Source: Trichoplax adhaerens
Lineage: Eukaryota > Animalia > Placozoa
Direction: 5' to 3'
NCBI RefSeq assembly: GCF_000150275.1
Contig: NW_002060956.1
Location: forward strand, 1,424,280 to 1,488,279
DNA length: 64,000 bases
A program made the translations under genes and the position numbers. Below the pieces are notes generated by a model. That model saw nothing but the letters and a program-made list of their open reading frames with translations. It was not told where the DNA came from and did no database searches. Position 1 is the stretch's first letter. Each line of letters opens with the position of its first letter. Positions 24,754 through 37,878 of the stretch are shown piece by piece.

Positions 24754-25132
24754 AATACTCGTAGAGAGGCTGTTCACATTGATTCATTAATACTCGTAGA
24801 AAGGCTGTTCACATTGATTCATGAATACTCGTAGAAAGGCTGTTCACATTGATTCATTAATACTCGTAGAAAGGCTGTTCACATTGATTCATTAATACTC
24901 GTAGAAAGGCTGTTCACATTGATTCATGAATACTCGTAGAAAGGTTGTTCACATTGATTCATGAATACTCGTAGAAAGGTTGTTCACATTGATTCATGAA
25001 TACTCGTAGAAAGGCTGTTCACATTGATTCATGAATACTCGTAGAAAGGCTGTTCACATTGATTCATGAATACTCGTGGAAAGGTTGTTCACATTGATTC
25101 ATTAATACTCGTAGAAAGGCTCTTCACATTGA
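24754..25132. repeat. Minisatellite, about 11 copies of 35 bp
   Basis: Head-to-tail AATACTCGTAGAAAGGCTGTTCACATTGATTCAT(T/G) with no spacers. Confidence 0.98.
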
Positions 25133-25674
25133 ACACCTAGCTCTATAGTATCATGGACTCTACCACATGAGAAGATGATAGAGCCAAAAATGCCATGGCG
25201 GAATAGAGGTGGAGGACTGGATTGAAAGCCCAAGAATAGCTACAGACTAAATTCAGTACTCGTGCTGTTGAAAGACAGTATAACAGCTCTAACAGTAGTC
25301 CATGCCCCATACCAAAACACTTCCACCCGAGGTACTAAAGCATGCAGCCTAGATATTACCCAGTGGAAACCCTGGCAAGCGATTGCAGAAGTAGGCCAGA
25401 AGGAGCAATCTACTGTGGATCCACAGGAGTTTTATCCATTCTCCTGGATTAATCAAGGGTATACACTGTTGTCCTACAACGCCAAATTGTATTCCTAACA
25501 CTATTGACTCTTATCATAGTAGAATATGCTACAGTTATGACCAAATTGTAATTGATAGAGGTATGAAATCGAAAGCTGACGAGACTACACACTAGCTGGA
25601 CACCAGCCATTTGCTGGGAATACTCTAGTAGAGATGTAACTGAAATGCATTTTTATTGCATAGGATCCAAAGCA

Positions 25675-28626
25675 ATGTCATCCAAGAAAACCAAATTAGT
25701 AGAAGCAGATCAGACTGCCAATCGTCATGGCAGCGATCAACATCAAATGGAAAAAGATGAGATGACACAAGAAATGGAACACTATCAACGTATCGTGCGA
25801 GCTTTCCTATACTACAGGTTAGCATCGACCTACAGCTTGTACACTATTTGCATATTCAGACTGTTGTTAATGGATCATCAAGGCGATAAGAATAGTTTTA
25901 ATCCTCTATTCGACATAGTGCTGAGCTATCATACTGTATATATATACACTATCGATCGGATTAGGGTAATCACGGTACTCTTCATTTAACTTGTATACTG
26001 TCTATTATGATAGCAATAATTAAACGACACGACATGGACTTTTACATTACTTCCTGCCAAGTAATACATGGATAGACTACTGGAGGAGTACAATATTAAT
26101 GAAGATGATGCACATTATCAGTTCAGGTCTTCCATTTTGAAAGGTCCAACCTCCAACAGATGTACACTAACTTGAGTAATGCACGAGATGTAAAGCCATT
26201 CTAGACGAGTACATGATCTGGATTTGTTTATACCATCAATTAGAAATACAGTATGTATGCTTATTTGGATTGGACGGTAGTCAATAAAAGTATAGTCAAC
26301 ACCGCATAGAAGCTGTAATACCATGATATCAACCTAGGAAATACAAGATTATTTTCAACATTATTCCCCCTGTTCCAATGACCATAGCCAAATTGAAACA
26401 ATTGATGTTATTGCAGGATTCATTCACTCAAAAGGGTGAATCAAGCTCGGCGATGTTTTACTAGCCTATCCAAAGAAGATCAACAATTGGCTCCTAAATT
26501 TACAACCAAATTAGACTTGATCAAGATGGCAATTGGTGTGAATTATGATTTTATAAGAACCATTCTGCAAAGAACTCAAAACTTGTTTTTAAACTCTGAA
26601 ATTTATCAAATGGATGAGGTTATTTCTAGCGTTTATATTAAACTGACATATCTGTATTTCTTTTGATCTTGTATCTAGTAAAGATTTATATACAACCACA
26701 ATATTACGAGTCGACAGCACATCGTAGGGTATCTGAAAGATTACATACAACATTATTTATATAACCAAATACAGTAGTTCACATATTCATTGCAACAGAT
26801 TGTTAGCAGTATCACCCTATAACAAATTAGCACTGTTTGTTCAAAAACTTCCTTGTTGCTCTCTCTTTAGTAATACTATGCGAGGTCATCATACAATTTG
26901 AATAACAGTTGCTAATTCAATCTAGCCCATCAAGGTTAATACTATAAATGGTGTCTAAGTATTTAAATACTCGTATGTTATCAACCACAGACAGTAAGAT
27001 CAATACTAGCAGAAATCCAGCCTATCTTATACGCTTACTTTAACGTCAATAAACACTATTTCTAGGATGACTTTTATCAATTCGCTATTTTCTGAGCATT
27101 GAATCAACCTAGATTCTCACATCACTTTAGACATCCCGTATTCACCTTGATAGTGCAGCTGACGAAATCCATGTCAGCCATAGAATTTCTACTGTCCCTG
27201 AATTTGACATGGAAAAAGTCAAATCAACTATTAAACAATTTGTTCGAGATTGGAGTAAAGAGGTAAGTGGTACAGCTTTAATACATAAACGCATTACTAT
27301 CTAGTGTATAAATTGAAGCCAAATGTCTTGCTAGGGAGAAAAAGAACGAAATACCTGTTATCTACCAATAATAAACGAAATTCTCCGTCTTTTTCCTCGA
27401 GATGATATGTATGCACCCTTCAATTTGAATCAAACTATACGATCTGTTGTTAAAGCTAAATACTCACTGAACTATTACAGACAGCCAAATGCTATCAACA
27501 TTCTGGTCCCTGGTGCTGGCCTAGGTAGATTGGCGTTTGAAATAGTGAAGTTAGGTACTGTAATAATTAACCCTTCTAATTAAACTAAGATGATAGATAT
27601 CCAAAAAATAAATATCAATTAAATGATTTCATCGTCAATCAATTAATCAGTCATTACTATTTATAGGCTACAATTGTCAAGGCAATGAAATTAGCTTGTA
27701 TATGTTAATAACTTCAAATTTTATTTTGAATAAGTATGAAAAAAGATATTAATAATCAGAACTATTACGTTATTTGTAATTTTTCTCGTCAAATGTGTGT
27801 ATAAAATCCTAATCATGATCTATTTTGGGGGGCATTAAAGCTGTACTACTACAGAACAATACGTGATCTACCCGTGGGTTCATCAATACTGTAACATTGC
27901 TGGATTTGACGACCAGGTTAGAAACATAAAAATCCCGGATATGGCTCCTTCAGAGATACCAAAAGATACGTCCTTTTCCATGTGTGCTGGAGATTTTTTG
28001 CTGGTTTATAATGATCCAGGTAAAAGTTTCCTTGCTTAACCATCAAATACTTGGCTTGAAAAAATTATTTGTAACACTAATTTGATCATGCATAATCTAG
28101 AATGGGACTGCGTTGCAACTTGCTTTTTTATCGATACCGCTCACAGCATCATAGCATACATTAAAAAGATATACCAGATATTAAAACCTGGCGGATACTG
28201 GATAAACTTGGGTATAAATTACGTCAATGTAACAATTGTAACACACGTCTAATATTGTAGTATAGATTTCTTAAATGATGTCATTTGTACATTAATATTA
28301 GGACCGTTACTTTATCATTTTGCTGATATGGCTGGGGAACAATCGCTTGAACTAAGCTACGAAGAAGTTAAAACTGTAATAGAAAATGTAGGATTTAGCT
28401 ATGAGGTAATAAGAATATCATTGCAATCACCTCTTGCTTTTGCCGACCTGATAAAAAAATCGATTTATAAGCGCTTATGATTAATATCGTGCTTTATGCA
28501 TTGTTATAGAAGGAAGAAAAGGGCATAGTATCGGGATATACGCAAGATCCAAGTTCCCTAATGACAACTTTGTATCATAATATCTTTTTTATCGTTCGCA
28601 AGCCAGAAATTGATCAACAGCAATAA
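25675..28626 (+). CDS. CARNMT1: Carnosine N-methyltransferase (N2227-like SAM methyltransferase), about 10 coding exons
   Basis: Motifs [85 protein letters not shown] and LELSYEEV across GT-AG exons. An acceptor at 25663 implies an upstream, probably UTR, exon. Confidence 0.95.
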
Positions 28627-28889
28627 GTTATATATCTTTTGTCTCCTGCTAATTGTATCTGTTGCCATTAGCAAAATTGAGCCAATCAACAAGGAAAAAA
28701 ATATTAAAATCTCACAATGAATACGACATATTTCCCATAAAGTAGCATTTTAATAGATTAGGGTTTTATTAAGGCGATTTTACCTATACATCCAATAGTT
28801 TCTACACATCTACATTGTAACAAATACTTCTTAGCATTTTAACCTCTTTAACCTAAATAAGGACACTTTCTTACTTATTCTACTGGTAT

Positions 28890-29947
28890 TTAATATTTTC
28901 CGCAATGGCAGTGGCAAGAGGAATGAAAGTGCTGCAAACGTAAATAGGATAATTATTAGTGTATGAAAATAAAAGGAGAACCTGTTAAAAAGGTTCAATT
29001 TTATGTTCTTGGTATAAAATATTTGCTAGTAAAATTATTCTATCTTCATACCTTTTTAAGGCGATAACGGATGCAGAATGAAATTTTGCGCTTATTAGGT
29101 CTAAATCGTCTTGCACATTCTTTGATAATCCATATGATTTTACGATCTAATCTAGCAATTAGCTTTCGCAAATGACGTGTTTGTTTCTGCAAAAAAATTT
29201 TTGAAAAGCATCACTTTTTGGCGTAAAGAGTTCTACGTAGTTGTAACTCCTCATTTTAATTGTTCCAGTGAAGAAAAGAGTGATCTCGTTTGTTACTTAC
29301 ACGTAATTTACGAATCTTGCAACGTAAAGCGTGTCTTTGCTTGCAGCAAGGATGGTGCCATGGCCTGTGATGTGGAGGACGTGGTGGGCGATAGGGTGGA
29401 CGATGAGGTGGACGATGAGGTGGACGGTGTGGTGGACCACCGCGAGCAAAAAGTTCTTGAGTGCTTGATTTTTCGTCCAAATCACCTTTATTAGGTGATG
29501 ACTCTGAATTATCTTCTTCAGCATCTTCGGAGTTATCGCCGTCATCATTATCAGACTCCTCTTCATTGCCTTGAGTATTATCATCGTCATTATCCATTTC
29601 ATCATCTTCAGCTGTGTCCAGAATATTATCTTCTTCTAATTCTGAAATGACTTCAGATGCATCTGAATTTTCAAACATTTTAATCACATCTTCTTCAACA
29701 AAGTCTTCCTAGATTTTGCAGATAGATTACAGAAAGTGCAGGGTATTCAGATACTCTATGATGCTAAAATGATCGATAGTTATCGATAGCAGGCTAGTGA
29801 TATTACATGATTGTACAATTTTTAAATGCACTATTGCATAAGCTAATAGAAAAGCTCACATACTGAATAAGTGATGTTCCTTGCGTTTGATAAAGGAAAA
29901 CGCACACCGATTACAAGAAATAGCAAGATAACTAAAGCTTTGGTCAT
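28890..29947 (-). CDS. Unrecognised secreted precursor, 222 aa (signal peptide, acidic propeptide, cationic Pro/His/Arg-rich and 8-Cys region); exons 29947-29864, 29708-29301, 29186-29052, 28931-28890
   Basis: Four exons of 84, 408, 135 and 42 nt joined by phase-0 GT-AG introns give one ORF: MTKALVILLFLVIGVRFPLSNARNITYS|EDFVEED...LFARGGPPHRPP...CCKQRHALRCKIRKLR|KQTRHLRK...FCIRYRLKK|HFHSSCHCHCGKY*. A minus-strand AATAAA lies at ~28766-28771. Confidence 0.85.
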
Positions 29948-31884
29948 GGTAATATCGATTCCTGTTAAAAAAACAACCTCATTAGTAAATAGAGATCTAG
30001 CTTTATTCCAGCTAAAAGCTTTTCATAACTATAAAATAGCAAAACTTGAATTCATTCAACAAGATTACTCAACTAGAAAAGAGCAATTAGTTCAAGCGTG
30101 TGAGCTCGCTTAGCGTGAAAATGAGAAAGTATACATACCGTTTCGTGAATTTCCTCTCTGGAAAAAATGAGGTGATCTGACTGAATACAAGATTTAAATA
30201 AGTTTTTCTCAACATCAGCAATGTCAGTAATTCTAAAATAAAGTCTATATTTGCATCTTGTGATATGTAAAATTTGGTAGTCGGTGCGATCGAACTGATC
30301 TTTCCCGACATTATCACGCTTTCATCATCCTTATCATCTGACCTTTGCTGGCAATTCTCATTTATGGAGAATTTACCTATATCTCATGCCCTAATTGTTC
30401 ATTCGTAATTTTATTTAATCGTCTAAGTGCATTTCTCATCACTAAAATGAGATTATTTTTCGTTCGATGGAAGCGTATAATTTACGCAGCTAATTAAGAC
30501 TTTTATTAAAGTTTTCATATTTTCTTTCCAATTTTGATGCTTTCGTAGCAGTTGCCAGTTCGTTTGTATGCAAGAATAGACGGCACAAGCTGTGCAATTC
30601 CTCACTATCTAAATTAATTTTTTCGTTCAGGATAGTACTATCAAAACCGATAAACTTTGCTGTTCACTAAAGTATAACCGTTGATCACATCTTAAATAGT
30701 TCATTCAGAATTTATGTAGCTCAATTATTCTTTGGATAGCGTGAACTAAACTGTCTATATATAGAAGAAGAAACGATGATTTGGCCATGTAATTCTCATT
30801 TAGTAGCTAGTTGTAATTATACAGCTGCTTGATAAACCTCTGCTGTGCATGGGATATACTCGTATTCGATAGCAAGATCAAAGCATTAACTTGGCTGCTT
30901 CGACTTTAACGTAATAATAGGGTAAAATACCTTAAATTGTTACTTCAAATAGCTGAACTAGCTCTTTAAATTACGTATGCTAAAAAAGGGCATATACGAG
31001 TAGAGAGGGAGAAGTAGGAGTTTAGTCATACTATCACCGATCGATTATAACGCCTTGAATGACGATTGCGGTAGATAGAATATGGAACTGAGATAGAGGG
31101 ATAAGGTGGCTGCTAATTTCACAATAATATGTATAAAAATTATTGCATATACGGTAATAACTCCACGTAAGGACATTATAACTCAGCTAGCATAGTTTAC
31201 GGAATATATCTCTGTACCCATCATTTTGAATTACTAATTTCTATAACTAAAAGTTACCTACCGATTGCGTCAACAGAGTCACAATTTGCCGTTCTTTAAA
31301 AGTGTTGACAAGCGAATATCGTCAGCATTCCATTTTTATAGCTATATGAGTACCCAATTGCTTGTCTAATTTTATAACAAATTTTGCTGACGATTTTTAA
31401 TCGATTCTATGAAAACTGTGGTTATCATTCATAAGAGTCATGATATTTTTCCTCTGACTTTTACGTTGAAGTCAATAAATCATAATTGGCTTAAATAATT
31501 ATAATCAGTTATTCACTCAATTATCAAGCACTAAATTATTTACTTTCGGTACTGTATAAAGCTGAAATCTCTAGAAATTGCATGAGATATTACTTATATT
31601 ATTTATAATTTCAGAATTTATTTTTGAAATGATGATGGAAATCAGCCAGCTAAAAATTAATATGCATTATTGCTTTATAGTCTAGATGTAATAATCACCA
31701 AATGAAGTTATCCTATTTTTATCAGATTCATTGTCAACGATGAGTACAGTAACAATTATACCAGAATTGATTCGATATAACGAAAATCAATCCAACTATT
31801 AAAATAATTTCAATATCTTCCTTTTAGCTTTGGTATACATAAAATTGCCAAGTTCATAGTTTTGGGCTACTAAGCTCAATCATC

Positions 31885-32695
31885 CATATGATAGACTACT
31901 CCAATACTCGTCATAATATCAGTAATTAGAGCGATTATAAAGTCTGCAAGCCATACTTTCGATTCACGTAGAAATTATAGCACATCTGTGGAAGGAGAGG
32001 TTGATCGAAAGACTGCTAAATGATCCTACATGCTTGGGAAATAATTACATCTATACACAAACTACTGTAGTATGGGTAGCATTTTTATTCTCGCACTGGT
32101 CATAAAATTAGTATTAGGAGTGACTATAATGTCTGCAAGTTGCGCTTTTCGATTCATATCGAAATCATAGCAGTCTATGGAAGGAGAGGTTTATCGATAG
32201 ACTGTGAAATGATCCTATTAGATTCAGCTTTGATTACAACCATACATGAAATAATGTTGTAGAGGTATCATTTCTACTTTCCTACTTGTCATTATGTTGT
32301 TAATAAGAGCGATTATCAAGTTTGCACACTATACTATCAATTCATGTAGAAATTGTAATACTCTATCGATGGAGAAGTTTATCGAAAGACTGCGAAATAA
32401 TTCTACTAGATTTAGAGTGATTAGATCCATGCATGAAATAATGTAGTAGAGGTGGCATTTCTATTCTCGTACTTGTCCTTATATTCTTAATAAGAGAGAT
32501 TATCAAGCTTACACATTATTGTCGTTTCATGCAGAAGTTATAAATTTATCGAAGGAGAGAGGTTGACTGAGAAACTACGAAATGATTAAATCCATACAGG
32601 AAATAATGTAGTATCAAGCCTGCACATTACATTTTCGATTCATGTAGAAATGGTCAAAGTCTATCGAAAGACTGCGAAATGATTCTATTAGACCC
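31885..32695. repeat. Degenerate tandem repeat, 4-5 copies of ~180-190 bp
   Basis: GAAGGAGAGGTT(T/G)ATCGA(A/T)AGACTG and ATGAAATAATGT(A/T)GTAG recur at ~31990, 32180, 32370 and 32550. Confidence 0.8.
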
Positions 32696-33419
32696 GATTT
32701 TTCTTACTCGTTATTGTATCGGTAGTAAGCGTCATGATTCCCATCCAATCTTAAATGGTGATCATTTTCCAATCGTGCATGACTTAATTTTTGTACTCAT
32801 CATTGCATTCTTAATCAAAGCTCTGACTCAAGACCCATTGCCAACCATGGGCTCCTTAGAATAGTTATAGATTACTACCTGCGGCAGTAATCCTTAGCTT
32901 GTCTTCGTCATTATTTTCATTCTACAAGCCATCATGAATAATATAATTCTTTCTCTTTGCCTACCTTAACAATACAATATGTTCTATAGTACTTCTGTAA
33001 ATAGATGTCAAACAGTAGTAGCAAATCAAAGAGGTTACTGTCTTATAACAAAAGTCCCATTGCTATAGCATACTACAAAGTGGAAAGCTAAGGCCTTCTC
33101 CTGTGCCAATAAAGTAAAAGCATTGTCTAATAGTTTAAACGTCTAATAGTTGTAATTTTACTCCAATCGCACTCCACCCTGACGACAGAATAGATTATTA
33201 TTTCGATGATTACGATACATCTTCGTTATCATTAGAAAACTAGATCTGCATGGACCTACTACGCCTTGATCATGGGCGATTGCAATGCTTAGTATAAGTA
33301 AGGTTGGAAGATAGATCTTATGTCATTAAAACCATCAAAGTGTACTCTAAGTGTGAAAGAATCCATCAAGACTAGCTCGCACTCTCGATCTCACGTTATT
33401 TGGGCAAACAAGCAAGTCG

Positions 33420-36400
33420 ATGAAATTTATCTTTCGAATCGCTATTAGTTTAACTGCCATCTTGTTAATACTGCTGCTTTATCATCAAAATCTGCAGAAT
33501 AAAAAGTAAGTCAAGATATTGCTAATTAATTTTACAGTTAATCATCAATCTGTGGATGATGGAGGATATTCTCTCCCAATCGATTGTTCACGCCTTGCAG
33601 GTGTCTGCATTCTATTTCCTTCTACACTTCATTGTCAATTTTACCATCAGAATGACCAAATCGATGGGATATGAGTATATCCCCTATCCAAAATTGGTCT
33701 TTCATTAGGAATGGACCCTAATCTATTTTGATAAAGCTGTTTCGATTGACTATGTTAGACGATTGCACAACTTTTAAGATTTTACTTTCATTACGTACCT
33801 ACTCGCACTTTTATTACTAAAAATGACCAAGTCGATTAGGGTGCATGCTACTTAAAATTTTTGTTCTTAAAATCATGAGGAGTAGATCCTAGCCTACCTG
33901 ATCAAACTGTTTCCATTGATCATTTAAATGAATGAACAATCTTTAGGATGATACGGTACTTCTATTACTAATTTATGACCAAAAATAATTAAATCGATAG
34001 GATGCATTGCTACGTAAAATTGAACTCTAATCTACCTTATTAAACTGTTTCCATTGACCGTTTAGACGCATGAACAATTTTGAGGGTTACACGTTATTAC
34101 CAATTTTATGGCCAAAGATAACCAAGTCGATAGGATACATGCTATGTAAAATTTAAGGGATAAAATTTATATTCCTACATTCATAAGTCATGGGCCCTAA
34201 TCAAACTGTTTCTATTGACTTTTTAAACAGGCGAATATTCTTTAGGGTTACGCTTCTATTACTAGTAATTTCATGACCAAAGATAATCAAGTCGATAGGA
34301 TAAATACTATCTAAAATTTTGTTCCTAGACTTGCAAATCATGGGCCATAATGCACCTAATAAAGCTATTCCGATTGACTATTGATCACATTATCCTCTCT
34401 CGTTACAAAGGATAAAGTAACGATTTAAGTTGTAAAGTAAACTGATAAATCAACATTGACTCAATATCTCTCTATACTTAGTGTACTGTTGCCAAAGTTG
34501 ATAAACCGGTAGATAATGATCTAAACTATTGTAATTACAGTTTACTCTATTTTTTGATTGATTACATTCGTAGATAAATCTACATCTTGCCCTGCTAAAC
34601 CATATTCGCTATTCAGTTCTTGTGCTACAGGATCCATTCTGAATGATCAAACTTTTTATCATGATCATGTCCAAGTAAGCCTATCGATTAGTTTCCTATC
34701 CTAATTCAAGCTGATCTCGACCTTACTCTAGAACAAGCAGTTCGTTGATAGGCTATCGTACCTGAAGTACCAGCGTTGTTAGTATACGATTATATTTGAG
34801 TGTTATATCCTTTATCGTGTTGCATATTAACAAGCTACATCATGCGTTTTCTCCCCCTCTCTCTGTTCAGTACGATTATCCTTCTTTTTAAAGACGTTAC
34901 CATATATGTTTATAAAATTAAAAATGAATGAATAGAGTCAACGTAGGCTTTACATAGATGTTAGAAACCATTTAAAGGTGAATAAAATCGAAAAAATGGC
35001 TTACATCTCCCAGTTTAACGAAACTATTAAATTACCCTTTACATCATCAGATATACTGTATATTTAGGCTTGCACATACTATGCTGAGCTCGCTAGGTAA
35101 TGCGAAAACATACTGTAGCCGTAATCTACTAGCTAATTGCTGCTCTAATAGTTGAACTCTCCCCGTTAAATAAAATTTATTTTAACCTGATCACATAAGA
35201 CATAGTAGAGCTCTGCTAACTTCAATTTAAGCTATCTTTAACTCATTCTCTGTCAGTCGTTCATGATTGAAAATGAAAGCCAGTAAAGAAACATGGCTAA
35301 GACATCCGTAGATACAATCGTAATAGTTATTGTTAAGCAATTTATTCTTTTATTAATTCACTATAGCTCCCATAACAAAGATGATGATAAGGAAGATTCT
35401 TTGCAAAGAAAGCATTTCCCACAATTCCAGAGCAAGAAGAATAAATTATTCATCCCTCAATATTTTGGTATTAGAAAAAACTCTAGTAACTCAATGACGT
35501 TTGCTAATCATGCAAAAATAAAACCATCAGCTAGTTTCCAGCTAGATACGCAAATGATAATCCCTATGGTCATATTTTGTTCCTATCGGCCTGAATATAC
35601 GGTTAAGCTAATCGATTCTTTGAAGAATTTACAATTCCTCAACCCTCAAACACCATGCTTATTTGTCTTGCATAAAAGTCCCAAAGTTACAGAAGAAAGT
35701 GTGAAAGGGATGAATGATTTATTAAACAAAATTGACTTTTGCAAAGTAATCAAGTGGAGAGTGATTGATTTGAGTAAGAATCGAACGTCAAAAGCGTTTA
35801 AAATGCATTGGTATAAGGTTGTGGCTAAAGTATTTGAAGATCGAGGTAAGATTTCATCCATTAAATCAACACCTCTGCAAAATGTTAAACAACTCTGTTG
35901 ATTTAGATAATAATACAATTGTAATCTCATCGTTTTCATTCATGATTAGTATCTACAGATAGAGATATTCTCTAATGTTTAACCAATTTTAGAACAATTG
36001 TAATACGTATAGTTAACTAGCTCTAGTCTCGTATGACAACATCATTCAATTTTAATATCGCCAAGATTTTATAAAAAGATAGAAATCAAGGCCAGATTAT
36101 AGATTATTTCCATGTCTACTATATCGATATAAACTTCTACCCATTTTGAATAAATCATTCAATAAAATCGCGAATCCCATTCATCTTAAGCTCAAATACT
36201 CCATTATAACGTATAATTGCGACGTTATAGCGATAATAATTTGTTCATCTGTAGCGACTTTTCTACCTTAATTGATAGCATAAATTTTAATATTAATAAT
36301 ATCGACAATCACTACCAGTACATCAATTCGTGCTACATAGGTTTAGGTATAACACAAAATATGGCATAATGCAGTACTCGTATTTATGTCTCGATATATT

Positions 36401-37878
36401 GTATCATGCAATAAATGATTACTTTATAGAGTAACTAATCAAAGATATAGTTCTTGCGCCCTTTTCATTTTCTGTTAAGTACTTTAAGCTGCAGTTTTTT
36501 GTTTAGGTTAAATAAATGAAAAGCCATGAGAATTCTAACGTTTTCAGCTTTAGAAATTATTATTAATGGCTTATAGCATGTCGTGCAATAGTTGTAAAGT
36601 AAAATATATAAGTACCTACGGTACGCCAAGTATAACGAGCCTGAGTTCTACTAGTATTTATATAGATGCTCTTGAGCTAAATTTGAATGTATTAAAAATT
36701 ATAAAATGCATACTTTAAATTGATTCTTAGTTAAAATGTATAAAAAACGATGACTATGCATTCGCATCTTGAGTAGAATGGCACCGCCAGACATGGATAA
36801 TACATTAATAACTGCATAGCTATTACAGGCTTGCGGTATGTCCTATCCTACGATTATAAATTTTCCTTCTAGCCATAATTTCTACGTACTATTAATAAAC
36901 GATAATACATATTTTAAATTGATTCGTAGTTAAATAAACGAAAAATAATTATTAGCGTATCAGTCTTCTCTATATTTCAAATTTGAGTCTTGAGTAAAAT
37001 AGTTCAACTAGATGTCTATAGATATAATTGATAGTCAGTATCAGGCTACGTACTCTTAAGACCTACGTATAATTCTAATTCTAAATCTACTTTTAGATTT
37101 AATTTCAATTGTTTGAAAGTAATAATCTCTATTTTAAATTGTTTCTTGTTTTCGATGGCCTAATGCAGATATATTCCATTTGGGGCAAGTATACAGGAAA
37201 GACGTGATATTTTTAGAAGATGATATAATATTATCACCTGATGCAATTAAAGTATTTTCTTACGGGATTCAAGTTAAGAAATCTCGACAAAGGGTTATTG
37301 CAGTTGGACTAGGTGGATGGTCGGGTGAAAACCTAATCAACGCACACCCAGATACTTTCGATATTCGTTACTCAGCTTTTTTTCCGTCAATGGCCTATGC
37401 ATTTAATGCTTCTTTCTGGAAAACGATTAAAACATCAAAATTTCTAAAAATACCGAATAATGACTGGTCTGAATCACTGGGGCTTATTATCAATAGATTT
37501 ATTAACCCACGGCCATTGTTTTTGCTTCCTACATTAGGTCGTCTATGGCATGTGGGTAAAGCAGGTTTAGGATTACGTGGTGATGGATCAATCAGGCGTG
37601 ATGTCCAAATTGCTGCACATTGGTTAAAATCTCCACGATTAATTAACTTGGAAACTGCCTCTGTAAATACTGGTATTCGGGATATTTTTGGTTTTGTATG
37701 TAAAGAATCGGAATTGAGAAACATTTTCACGATGCGATGTCTCTGTCCACAATCTTATCAACGTTTTCCACCCGATAGACGATTTGAAATTGTGTGCTAT
37801 CAATTTGGCAATTATATCCGCGATCCTTGCTTAAAAAAGTTTCCTTTTCTTTACCGAGATGAAAGTCAATGGTCGTGA
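33420..37878 (+). CDS. Type II Golgi GT-A glycosyltransferase, divergent N-acetylglucosaminyltransferase-like (GT13/GT16-like); exons 33420-33505, 35367-35845, 37169-37878
   Basis: Signal anchor MKFIFRIAISLTAILLILLLY. Phase-consistent splicing (phase 2, then phase 1). Motifs RPEYTVKLIDSL, KMHWYKVVAKVFE, VIFLEDDIILSPD (DxD-type), FFPSMAYAF, NDW and RLWHVGKAG. Confidence 0.8.
33650..34382. repeat. Degenerate tandem repeat, about 5 copies, in glycosyltransferase intron 1
   Basis: ATGACCAA...TCGATAGGAT and AAACTGTTTC(C/T)ATTGA recur every 130-180 bp. Confidence 0.8.

Noticed and set aside
24754-25132. 35-bp repeats of CRISPR-like length
   Set aside because: Head-to-tail with no unique spacers, no cas genes and a eukaryotic context; it is a minisatellite.
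29256-29300. Track C-terminus VSNKRDHSFLHWNN with a KR site suggesting a neuropeptide
   Set aside because: It begins at a strong GTAAGT donor and is intron read-through; the downstream exons continue in frame.
29177-29605. ORFs 29177-29494 (+) and 29297-29605 (-)
   Set aside because: Shadow frames of exon 2 of the secreted precursor.
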